Shown in pieces: positions 52,553-64,000 of a stretch of 64,000 nt of DNA. The translations under genes were made by a program, and so were the position numbers. This stretch comes from Parasitella parasitica NRRL 2501. Its lineage: Eukaryota > Fungi > Mucoromycota. The first letter of the stretch is position 1, and every line of letters begins with the position of its first letter. Under the pieces are notes generated by a model. It saw only the letters and a list, made by a program, of their open reading frames with translations. It had not been told where the DNA came from and searched no databases. The stretch is from the NCBI GenBank assembly GCA_025201805.1, contig MU619294.1:79283-143282 (forward strand). The letters are read 5' to 3'.

Positions 52553-53851
52553 TTATTGTTTAGGATTATCATATTTGGGTTTCCAAATCCAACTATTGCC
52601 CATAATGCCTTGGCCTTGTTTGTCAGCTTTGCGATAATATTTCGCTGCCAAGTATAAATCTTTCTTGGTACCTTGTCCATGGTAGTAACAATGACCTAGA
52701 TCATTTTGCGCATCTGGATCGCCCAGATCAGCAGCAATTTTGAAGAACTGCACTGCAGATTCTTTATTTTTTTTGCACTACACAGAGCAAAAAAAAAAAA
52801 AAACGAAAAGAAAGATCAATTATGTGCAAGTATTAAAACATAATAGTTAAACTTACACCCCAACCATGTCTAAAAGAAACACCCAATTCATAAATTGCCA
52901 TGATAAGTTCGCCCTTGGAGGCCGATGCATTTACTGTATTTTTGATATTTGCTAAATCTTCAACTGCATGTTCTGCAGCCTTTTGTAAATACTGAAAAGC
53001 AGCAAGCTCATTCTTTTTACATCCCTAATAACACAGTTTATATCGTTGTGTTGGTACTACATGTTGTAACCTACCCATCCATGTCGTAAAGAAACGCCAT
53101 AAAGAAACATCCCAATAGGGTTTCCTTTCTCGGCTCCTATACGAAAAAGTTGCGTTGCTTTCTCTAGTTGGCCTTTTTCATGAAAAGCGATTCCTTCGTG
53201 AACTAAGGCTTCTACTTCAGCATCAGGAGATAGCTTTTTGTCACTGCTAGTGTTAATAGGTGTCAAAGGTGAAGGAATTGATGCAGGCGAGACAATAGCA
53301 TTTGAACCTCTTGTTTCTGAAGGTTGATCTATAGTTAGTGGAGGGAGGTTCAAATCAAACGGATGATGATTGTCTTGGTTGTAGTTACTTTGCTGTTGCT
53401 GATAGGTGTGGGTGAAGTAGTGAGGTTGATCTTGCTCAGAATGCTGATACGATGAGTTTGTTGATATTGTGCTGACAGGTTTAATTTCCATGGTAGGTGT
53501 ATTAAGTTCTGTATGTTTGCAAGTATATATATTAGTTTCTAATGTAAAAAAAATCATAAAAAAACTACTAGTAATATATTTACTCACCATGATGTGTATC
53601 TCGAGAATATCCGGCTGTATTCATATCTGGATCGACTGAAGAATCTCGGTTAACATGATCCTATTTGCAAAGGATAATTAATATCGACATTGTAACTGAC
53701 ATCTGAATAATCAAAACACACTTACCTGATGATCTATTCTTGCTTCCACACTATAATTTGAAATGTATTAGCCATCGTTTAGTGTGTCGTTAGCAGCATT
53801 ATTTGCTTACTGTTGCGCCTTATGGAATTGAAGTGATAATTTCTTAAACAT
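52553..53851 (-). CDS. Sel1-like repeat protein, Nif1/Dsf2 family
   Basis: EGIAFHEKGQLEKAT, MFLYGVSLRHGWGC, AIYELGVSFRHGWGC, AADLGDPDAQNDLGHCYYHGQGTKKD..AAKYYRKADKQG..MGNSWIWKPKY. The 5' exons are inferred. Confidence 0.85.
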
Positions 53852-55432
53852 GGGAATAAGAAATATTTGTATGAAAGGATAGGAAGGGGATTTATATAAA
53901 AATGTATAAAGGAAAGGAGTTTTTGAGTATAGGGAGGAAAAGGGATAAAGAAAAAGGGATGAAAATCAATGTTGTATATAACACTGTACAATAATCACTT
54001 GGACATGTAATCAGCTTTAATTGATTAAACTTGCGAAAAACACCTATTTTTGGCGTATCACAACCGTTTCAATATGGGAGTTTCAATATCCATAACAACA
54101 ACAGCAGCACAGGTGTTTGTGTATACCTTAAAACAGTAATTTTCGACCCGCTGAAAATAACCTGGAATAAGGCATAAAGTCCAGGCACTTGATACGTCCA
54201 GGCACTTGGTATTAGCGATAAAATAGTCAAAGTTCTTCTTTGTTGACAAATAGATTCTACAAATACAAAACACAACACTAAATCAGCAAGCAAGGTCCAA
54301 ATATGATGCCTTCTTAGCATTTGTCCGCCCCAAATATATCCACAAAGAGCTGCTTATATCCCACTTGTACTTCGCTACCCTATAAACAATGGATGCACCA
54401 ACCTGGATGCTACTAAAGTACCTTTTTAATTGTCTAAACGTTTTTCAATGGATGGATAAAGTAAATTTAAATCATCGATTCCAGCAATTCTTTGCGAGGG
54501 CAGAAAACGCTGATGAGCTCCAGAACTTGCAATTTTATAACAATGTCAATATATCAAGACAGAGATAGGTTACAATAAAGAAGAAACAACGAAGATCATT
54601 CTAATGGTTATGAGGAAGTCGAATGCTGAGCAGTAATTCAGCAACAACACCGCAAGTAATATATGCATTACTCTGCGAGAAATGTATGACATCGTACGGA
54701 TCATAAATGATGCTTCAGCAGAGTTGCACTTTTGAAGAGACAAATCAAAAACATACATGATAACAAACGTGCGCTATGCCAAAAACTTGGAGATACCAAA
54801 CATCTGATAGCTGGCCGTCCACATAGATGAATGTATTGAATAACACCTTCAAACAGTTTTTAAGGTACCCTACAACAACTAATCTTTAAATAATTATCAA
54901 TCAATTCTCTGCATGAGCCTTGGATATTACTTCTTTTACAGCTTAGATGTCAATATTCCATGACACGAATGTTCTATTATTTGCAAATATTTGAAGGAAT
55001 TCCTTCTGGTACATTTATAATATCACCGCTAAAATTAGTGAAGCGTTAAAATTGCAATATTATTACCGTTTTAGGGCTTATTCAAGCCTAGCATTGGCTT
55101 TTAGTCCTAAAACGTATTTTCCCCAGTTTAAAAGTTATACAATTAGATGAAAAATACGATAACTTAGAAAAAAAAAGTACTTGTAGTTATAATGTTGTTG
55201 TTTTAATATTTTTTGTAGACAATGCTGAAATAGATTGCCTTAATCCAGCAAAAATCAAACACAAAGCGTGAACTGTCATCATCAGGAAATCAGATTTTAG
55301 CTGGTAGCAACAGACTGTTTCTTGGAGCTTTTAAAATAGCTCCAACAATCGAAATTTGAATAAAGCCGTATACTATAGCATCAATATTAATCTATTAGCT
55401 CCAAAAAAGGTTGCGGGTTTATTTTATGTACA

Positions 55433-58400
55433 TCAAGTGGAGAAAGACCAATTTTTCGGCCATCCCAAAAATAACTTTGGTGTCATGGATGCCGATTCAG
55501 CTGACGTTCCCCGAGTGTTCTCGAGCCAAATATAATACTCTTCCACGACTTTCCTCAATTCAACTACAGCTTCTTTCGCATATACCTGTTTTGTGTGATC
55601 ATATCTCCAACTATGTATAATCGAAGATAAGAAAGCTGACTGAGATGTATCTTGATCCGATTCTTCTTGCTGCGAAGAAAGAGGACCGTTTGAAGAAGGC
55701 GCACTGCATTCCTTCGTTGTTGTGTAAATTTCTCTGCTCACAATAGCCTCTTCTTTATAGATAGCATCAGTGTTACAAAAATCCTCATCAGTATCACCGT
55801 CTTCCAAAAATGTGGAAGTCTCTGTTGCTATACTTCCATTTGTATTGTGAAACAGCTTGGAAAGATCTTTTTTGTCAAATTTGATGGTCAAACTTTTTTT
55901 CTTCAGAGCCAAGAATTTAAAAGAGGTTGCTTTCTGGTAAAGGCTGCGACCTGGATTGCTTTTTTTCAATTGTGTTTTCACAAAGTTGCTAGCATGACAC
56001 GGTGGCAATAATACAAGATTTGACGTAAAATGCGTCATAGGCTCCTCGAGAATAGTGGGGTTTGGTGGCTGGCTCTCTTGTTTGTCCTGAATACTAAAGT
56101 AATGCTTGTAAAATGACGCCATTAGAGTTTCCAGTTTAATATGTATCTCCCTACAGAATAATTAGTTTATTTAAAAGATTAGTACATCGGTCCCTTAATG
56201 ATATAAACACTCGGCAATTACAATTCACACTGTTTGTCAACTTGTGTATTCTCCAAGGCGGAATTGTTTGAAGACCACCGCAACCAACATTGATGGCCGT
56301 TGCAGACATTATGTCTTTTACTAACGTCATTTTCTTTGGTCTTGTTTGACAAATCTGTATTCCACAAAATATCCTCTGTGCTCCAGACTCGGCCAACACG
56401 CCATACCAAGCATCTCAGAAAGAAGATGCGAACATTCTTTCCCCAATGTAGCAAAAGGCGCTCTAGTATAAAAGTATTCATCAAGATGCGGTTGCACAAC
56501 ATGTCCAACAATCCAGGCTGTGCTGTGAGAAACTGGAAATGGGCGTATATGAAAGACAGTGCCCTAAGCAAAGTAATGGCATGATCACATTGAGATAATA
56601 CAACATTCAGCGTGTACAAAATAAAAGGGCGATCCACGGGAAAACAAGCTAGTTCGACTGGGAATCTACAACGTAGATGTGTACAGTTGGTTTGATTGCT
56701 TCTACCTTGTATCCATTTTATAACTTACTTTTGCACTTCCAATACAGTCTGTTCTAAAAGGTCTATTAAGCCTATAGTCAAAACACAGGTAAGCACCTTC
56801 TCATTTGAGACATTTGAATGGTTAGCGTACAAAATACTTGTTCTGCACTTGTCAACACCGTCTTCTTTATCACTGTCCGAAGCCAAATATTCACCATGTC
56901 ATTATAGAGCCCGTTTGGATCTGCCGCTATTGTGTTCCAGGTCATGCATTCTGCATAGCGTTTTGTTGCCACAGCTAATGGAGTAGGTTTCCCAACAACG
57001 CTAATGAATGCTGGTTTGCAATCGTCTGGTTCGTTGATCAATTGAACACTGTCCATGGCCGATAAGGTTGAAGGCACGAAGTTTGTACCGCTACTGCTGC
57101 TATTTATTCCTATCCCACCATTGGTGACGGAGCATATCTGCCTTTGCGTCAGTAGATGTAGCTTGCTTGCAAAATAAGACGCCAAGCACATGTAGCCAGG
57201 ACAGACTGTAAGAATCAAGTTGCGTCTATGTATACGAAACCGTGACAAGTCAGGATATCTTGCTTTTATATATGTGCTGAGTATAACATGGTAATGTCGA
57301 TAAAACGAGAAGAACAGTTCACTATCATCGCTTTCCCATCTACGCTTCCAGTTCCCCGGTGTGCTCAATGGCAATTCAGAGTAATCCGCACTGTTTACAA
57401 GGCAATCCTGATACGATCTTTTATCAGATGTTGCCATTTTATGTAGAAAGGAGGGAAATATGTGTTGTATTCCAGATCTGAGACGTTGTTGCTGCTGCTG
57501 GTATTCTTGTGATTCTGCATTTATCATCTCTTTCTGCAAGCTTTTCATGCATTTTAATGCCACACCTAGAGGTTGCAGCAATGAAATGGCGACTCCAGGT
57601 ACCTTAAAATAGCAAATGGCTAGAACTTTTGCGCTGAATGAAACAAAGTTTGCATAGATCGATTTCTGGTTGAGTTTGTCTGTTGCCACTTTCAAGGATT
57701 CAACGAGTAAGCGTCTGTACTCTTTTATCGCTGGTCGTTCCTGGAAATGAAGCCATTCAGCATGATGGAATGGGCCAACAAAATCTTGAAATGACAAAAT
57801 AGAAATTTCGTCAATGAATTTGAAGCATATGCTGTCTGCATTTGACTTACCAAATTCTAAGAATTCATTTCTGTGGAGTAAAAGAGATAAATTAATTGTT
57901 TCTTTTCGATCTCCTTAATTCAGTAAGGTTTTGGGAGGGGCTCTCCTAGTTTNNNNNNNNNNNNNNNAAAAAAAAAAGTAATTTACCTTGCCATGATTTC
58001 CAGAATAAATTCAAAATACAGGCTCTTTTCATCTTGGGCTATTTTAGAAGCACCGTGTAATAGCAATCTCCACCTAGAAAATGGTTGATAAGCATAGTGT
58101 ATCGACAGTGTGTGTGGCTCGTGTGCTCGTAAATTACCATTTCAACAAGATGCTTCGGCCAGCGTCCAGTCTCTTGTTCTCTTTTGCTACATCTTTCAGC
58201 CCCCAAAACGAATATGCAGATTCTTCTGCTGCATCTTGTGATTCTTGAAAATAAACCTCATTTGAATTCGTACGGAACCAAAGTGCTACCTCCACTTTTA
58301 AGATGTCTTTTCTGTGTTTAGGTTTTCTTTGAAATCTTTTGTGTTTATAGAATTTGCAATAAATCAAGAATGGTTAGTTATATGTATATAAATATAGCAC

Positions 58401-58769
58401 AAAACAAACATCATCTGTGCATGTATCCACATATTATACAACAATAATATATGCTCTGTGCTATCAAGCTTGAATGGTGATTGTGGCTTACTTTAGCAAT
58501 AGTTTTCGAAGCGTAGAGTATTCCGGGATGGCGACAGGCTGTTTGGCACGGATAATAGGGTTGTTTGATGTAAAACATGAAGAGTCGTTGTTGCAAACAG
58601 TGGATGAAGATGAGATGGATGTTATTGTGTCAGAGGAAGATGAAACAGACGCATTGCGTCCTTCGTCGTTTCTTTTGGTGAATAATGGCAGCAGAGTCTT
58701 TAAGGGGCGCTTCGGTGTCGTGGCATTTCCATTCGTATGTAAAAGTAATTGGCAGGCTGGCTCCTTCAT
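55433..58769 (-). CDS. DUF1765/UPF0592-family protein (multi-exon)
   Basis: FVSFSAKVLAICYFKVPGVAISLL, WKRRWESDDSELFFSFYRHYH, LRALSFIYAHF, RLLLHWGKNVRIFFLRCLVWRVGR and YAKEAVVELRKVVEEYYIW. Confidence 0.8.
57953..57967. other. Assembly gap (15 N) inside an intron
   Basis: Run of n. Confidence 0.99.
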
Positions 58770-58954
58770 ATCGCACGAAGTTTACAGAGAAAAAGCGTAA
58801 AAGAAAGCACAAGTCGAAAATTTCTCTTTATTTATACTAGTTTTTTACTGCTACGATTTGTATGCATAGAAAAAAAAAAAAAAAGAGCAGATATATAATA
58901 TACCCCCTAGCGAGATAATGATATCAAGCTAAGCAGTTTTTGTATGTACATAGC

Positions 58955-59758
58955 TTATTTATACTCTCCAACAAGCCGCTTGTGAGCAACGGCCAGCTGA
59001 GCTTCCAGTTCCAACACTCGTTGTCTGTTACGCTGCTCCTTTTCTGTGGCATGATTTACTTCAATCTCCAGCACTGCCACTTTGACCCGCAACCGTTCAT
59101 TGTCAACCTTTAGTAAATTGACTCTGTTCTCTAGTGTCTCCATTTTAACGGCTTTCCTTTGTCTTGATCTGCGTGCAGCATCTGTGTTACGTTGTCGTTT
59201 TACTATCACATCAACGGGCGAACGACTGCTACCCCTCTTCTTTTTGGCGACGTTACTGCCGCTATTGCTAATGTCGCTATTGCTGATAGTACTCAACACA
59301 GGCGAGGGGGGAGGAGGGGTAGCGTACAAACGCTTCTTGCTGTGCTGCTTTTCTTTGGCAGATTGCTCGTTTTGGCGAATTGAGTTGAGCATTGAGTACA
59401 CCTTGATAATTGGTATTAAATGGGGTGGCAATGACTGATCAACATTGCATTCCTGCTGCTCCTCTTTCGCTTGCTGCTTGGCCTTGGGATCATGAGCAAG
59501 TAAGTTCTGCAATGAGCATTTCTTTGCATTGATGTTGCTGCTAATCTTGTCATTGCTCTGGATGTTGGCATCGTGATTACTGTTACTAGGATGCTGTGTT
59601 GTTGGTGCAGCAGTTGACTTGCGGCATTGGAATAAGCTGGATTGCTTCAAATCGTTTTCAAGCCAGTCGTCCAAAGCGTTGTTGTCTAATCCCCAACTTG
59701 CTGAAGTCGTAGCCTCAACAGAACAAGTTGAGATTTCTCTTTTATCGCTTACTGACAT
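58955..59758 (-). CDS. GCN4/CpcA-like bZIP transcription factor, intronless
   Basis: Basic region KRQRNTDAARRSRQRK plus zipper METLENRVNLLKVDNERLRVKVAVLE, and an N-terminal acidic/aromatic patch WGLDNNALDDWLENDL. Confidence 0.85.
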   Translation of the reverse strand: MSVSDKREISTCSVEATTSASWGLDNNALDDWLENDLKQSSLFQCRKSTAAPTTQHPSNSNHDANIQSNDKISSNINAKKCSLQNLLAHDPKAKQQAKEEQQECNVDQSLPPHLIPIIKVYSMLNSIRQNEQSAKEKQHSKKRLYATPPPPSPVLSTISNSDISNSGSNVAKKKRGSSRSPVDVIVKRQRNTDAARRSRQRKAVKMETLENRVNLLKVDNERLRVKVAVLEIEVNHATEKEQRNRQRVLELEAQLAVAHKRLVGEYK

Positions 59759-60137
59759 TTTTTGCAACTGATGTATGTACAAGAAAGAAGAGGGTGGTTC
59801 CAGATATGAAGCAATTTAAACCAGCTGCTAGATTATCACCTGGCATAGTGTAGTTTTGATTGGATGAATCGATGACAAGTTTTGTCTCCTCTCTCGGGTG
59901 AGCATGATGATTGGCTGTCCAAATGAGGAAGAAACTGTGTATTTTAGCATTTTGTCGTTTGAATGCAAAAAATATAGGAACATTTAACTTGTGGCACGGC
60001 TAAACAGGGTCAGCGCTTATAATCGTCCCTATTTCTCTCACTTGAGGCCAATGCACAGGCTAGCGACGGCGAATTGAGTTGGCCATGTTGGCGGGCAGCT
60101 ATTTGATTTGTGCAAAGATTCTCCATGAAGGGTATGT

Positions 60138-60144
60138 TGAGTCA
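60138..60144. promoter_or_regulatory. Perfect AP-1/Gcn4 response element TGAGTCA ~380 bp upstream of the bZIP gene
   Basis: Exact 7-mer present. Function is inferred only. Confidence 0.35.
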
Positions 60145-60540
60145 GAGATTCCAATGCATTTGTATTGGGTGATAAGCGCATAATGAGCGTTAATCTTGGC
60201 GATGACCAATCAGACAGCAGGCTCAACTGTTTCCTTGCGTTACATAAATATAGGCCGATTTTCGATCTTGAATTTATTAAAATATTGAGAATAGATATAA
60301 TACATTTATATACCATGAAATAAAGTATAGGTGTGGATGAGGAGGGGGTTTTTTTTGATACATGGTTATATAGCAAGAGAGTGTACATCTTTTTCCAAAA
60401 TTAAAAGCACAAGAAATATTGGCACACCTCCGAAACGTGTATATTTTGTGTTATAAAACTGATTGTGCCAATATTTTTAGTGCCATTAATGTTGGAAAAA
60501 GGTGTATAGCAAGGAGATCTTGTACAAACGTATGACAAGA

Positions 60541-62076
60541 TTATTCAATTGACCACATATTATCACTTGGAGCAGGTTTTGGTTTGCTGTTGCTGTTATC
60601 TGCCTCCAATAGGGTTTTGCTAGCATTTGCTGGATTTGCGCTCATCTCATAGTCATCGATGCTCTCATGATCAATAGCTGTTTGCTCGACTTTATACATT
60701 TTGTTTTTAGGCAAAGTTTTGTCCTTGAAGATGAGCACGTTATTTTTGACATTCCAAAAGCATCTGCAGGCTACTACAACTGTCATCAGGATCAGCACTG
60801 CAGCCACTACTGTTGTGAAGATCAAAAATTGGCGAGTGTGCTGATAGGGATCGTAGCCATCAGGGTGCGGCTGAACAATGATGACGATTCTGTAGACAAA
60901 GTAGCCGATAGACATGACTCCACCAGTAATGAAAGCCAACATGGCATACTTGTTTTCCTGATACACTGCAATCAACGCTAGGGATAATCCAATACCGCCT
61001 AAAACAAATACCAACACAGTCTCTGTAATTGTGTTGTGATAGCCTAGTCTTTGGGACGGAATCAGTTGTGCTGCAAATGAAAATACGAAGAAGAAATCAA
61101 GCTTCAGCAAAGTTAGCAAGAGACTTGTCATTATCAAGGCATTGCGGATCCTATTCATTATACATGTTAGGCATGACTAGTTCTGACGTGGTGGTGCGCA
61201 GGCGTTACCTCATGTCTGCAGAGAAATTTCTATAGTTATCCCAAGCAAATTGTTTGCGCAATTTCCAGCCGAAAAACGCCAATACGACAAAGAATGCGGG
61301 GATCATGGCAATTATGGTATATTCAATGGGTCTCATGATATTGCGGTAGAACTCTTTGGCAGAATCCATGCCAAATAGATTGGCTTGCCAGCGTGAGTCA
61401 ACAGGCCTCCAGAAATCTTCATTTCCGCTATATGATATATAAATATGTTCATTAAGCTGTGTTTTAGAGTTTGTACGTCAAAAGATGCTCACCATACTGC
61501 CTCCTCCAATATGACATGTTGCTCGAGTTGGATGCCAGCATAACTACAAATATAATTGTTGGTCATTTACGATAACTAATCAATAAGCAGGTTTAAAGCG
61601 CTTACACTATAAGTAGATAAGCATTAATTTAGTAGAGTAGGCAAAATAATTCTGATACGACATACCGACTACCAAAAGGCCAAATGTGATCAGAGCACAC
61701 AATTGAGCTATGTATAATATTAGCCTGGGCGTACGTTATATACTGCTTGCAGTAGCTACCTGTATTTCTTTGATACAAAGCATCTACACATAAAATAACT
61801 TGAAATACTTGAGCAATGATGAATAAGGAATGGTAGATCAAGTCAGATTCGCTGACACCTGTATGGTTATGGCTGACATGAGTACACACATATGCAACCA
61901 AATCGGTCTCACAAACCTATGCCAGTAGAGTCTGGATTGCAGTTACTAACAAGGCCTAAATGGTTCATAATGACAATGCCCTCCAATATGCAAATGAGGA
62001 CGGCTTCGAATGTCACCAAAGAGATTGTTAGTATCGATTCCTTGGTTTTGAATATAGGGTTTTCTCTCAAAGTCAT
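60541..62076 (-). CDS. Multi-pass membrane protein, UPF0658 (Golgi membrane protein)-like
   Basis: DLIYHSLFIIAQVFQVILCVDALYQRNT, KLRKQFAWDNYRNFSADMR and LLLTLLKLDFFFVFSFAAQLI, with ~8 hydrophobic segments across the exons. Confidence 0.75.
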
Positions 62077-64000
62077 TGTTGTACGTAGATCTAAAGAGAG
62101 GAAAGAAAGGAAAGAAAAAAGTTAAAAATAAAGCCAATGCTATTTTATAGGTTGTTATGTTGTACTACTTGTTGAATGTGTCTATATACTACATATGTGG
62201 GTGCCCTTTCACAACCATTGACATTATTTAAAGCAATTTAGGCTTTTCAAGTTTGGGGCGCAGTCTTGTTTTTCTTTAAAATTTACTGCAATCATGGGAT
62301 GACAACTAATAAAACACACCTCGACTGGATCCTTCACATTAGCCGAGAAATTAAACGTTTAAATCTCTTATGTTTAAGAATATTTATCGAGAATTCAAAG
62401 GTTCTACTAGTATAAAAGTGGACCCAGATCTACCGACTGATAAATGTAACGGAAAGGTCCAAGTGTAACCATAGGAACTCTCTACATACAGTACACCATG
62501 TATCATGGATCTTATTTTGTCTTTACCCGACATGTGTGGACATTTTCTCGGCTCGTTAAGAATGAATACATGAGATATATATATGCCACTAGTATTAAAC
62601 AAATGGTCTTGATGCTATAGCATGCATTATTTTCGGTTCTATCCTTTTACGAATCATATTGACAAAATGGGTTAAACACATTTGCCCACTATACTTTTTA
62701 CCATTCAAAAGGGGACACACCTTCTCCTTTTTTTTCTTTTTTTTTTTTTTACTCATCAAAAATCAAAGAAGGATATCCTCCTCGCAAAAACGCTTCCATA
62801 GCTGTGGAATTACCTGTTGCTCAATATGAAAATATATGTTGGCAGCACATGTTTATATACTAAAATAACGTGTATCGATTATACCATTTCTTGATATTCT
62901 GTTTGTTTGTAGAACAAGAAATGGCTTAGACGATTGATTCGTTTAAATCTGGAATCCGTGTCCCTCTAGAAGCCATCTTCATTTTGTAATAGTATAACAT
63001 TTGACGTTTTCTTTCGTGGCATATTGTTTATGGATACGCAAGAACCTCTGGCTCTTTGGGACTTGCTCATCAATTCGATTTGTAGGTCATCTAGAATCAT
63101 CACATAATTACTAATGTTACCAACCAAATGGTAATTTATCGCCTAGAGTTCAGCTCTTCCAAAGCAAGATTATTTTGTATGGAAACTATGTATTAAGTTT
63201 TGGTCCTACACATGTGCTAGATGATCTTGATTTACAAAGAGCTTGATTGAACGCAACAAATATTTTATATTATATAAAATACTTGTGTTACCAATGGTCA
63301 ATTAAAAATAAGATATATTGAGACTTGTGCATATGAATACCAGTTCATGCTCGTAGTTCTTTCAATTATGACATCCATAATCTCATGCTCAGAAGATTAC
63401 TGTATACTTTGCTGTGATTCAGTACTGGTACTGGAGGAAAAATTCTGTTCTCCAATGACTTGAGTTTTCGCTTGAAATGTTGATTAAAAGTTGGTCTTGA
63501 TAAAGATTAAACTGTGCAGCACTATCGTTTGGTTTGTTCCCCAAATCACTAAAAGGAAACAAAAAAGCTGTCTCTATTATTTATGGTTGATATCCTGAGC
63601 ATGGAAAAGATGACAGTTCATTCGATCCTACGACCTAGCACTGTTTTTTGTATAAAGAATACAGCGCATTCTGGGAGCACAAGTGCTTTAACAGTCAATT
63701 TCTTTAAACATCTGGTTTATCGAATACTCATAACAGAATGTAGAATCCCAGTTTCTCATCAAATGTGAATATCAAGACATATGGTTCAAAAAAGTGTCTC
63801 TCAATCAACAAACTGTTGGTTCCAAAACAGCTTAATAGCACTGCGGTTACCACAGCTATTGTTTACAAGGTTAGACAGCTGTTAAATCCTATGAGAATAA
63901 TAAAGACTCATTTGACATCACTTCCAAAGCTAGAGATATCGTATAGCTTGTGACCATGAATTGCGTTCATATGGAAAGAGATGCAGATCAGTGGACCTTG

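Noticed and set aside
54505-54540. CTGATGAG hammerhead-ribozyme-like core
   Set aside because: No stem II followed by GAAA and no closing helices.
62850-64000. Possible decayed transposase or gene fragments
   Set aside because: No recognisable motif in any frame that I can support.

Overview
AT-rich, intron-dense eukaryotic DNA, most consistent with an early-diverging fungus of the Mucorales (introns mostly 50-75 nt, PRL phosphatase, RST-type TAF4, Crypton/Helitron relics). Bases 1-7 kb are a transposon graveyard: Crypton tyrosine-recombinase and GCR1_C pieces, a Tc1/IS630 DDE fragment, a Helitron PIF1 helicase broken by a clean 342-bp inversion, and a LINE zf-RVT tail. Bases 7-62 kb are a compact array of housekeeping genes (ATO transporter, GID4, GGT, TAF4, PA-RING E3, CK2 alpha, PRL, SGF11, OPI1, ENV7/STK16, MAD2, VPS4, CLPTM1, SmG, YAF9, F-BAR/SH3, SPT20, Sel1-repeat, DUF1765, GCN4-like bZIP, UPF0658-like). 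A tRNA-Asn sits beside a second TE-relic island (33-38 kb) that holds a 1.9-kb element with 135-bp TIRs. Two spliced small genes that the ORF track misses or mis-calls were reconstructed by hand: a 44-aa BRAWNIN/UQCC6-like microprotein and a 143-aa Cys-containing secreted protein. I found no convincing multi-gene novel system. The best leads are these two small genes, the TE inversions, and a possible autoregulatory/uORF architecture upstream of the bZIP gene. All family assignments come from motif recognition, not database searches.
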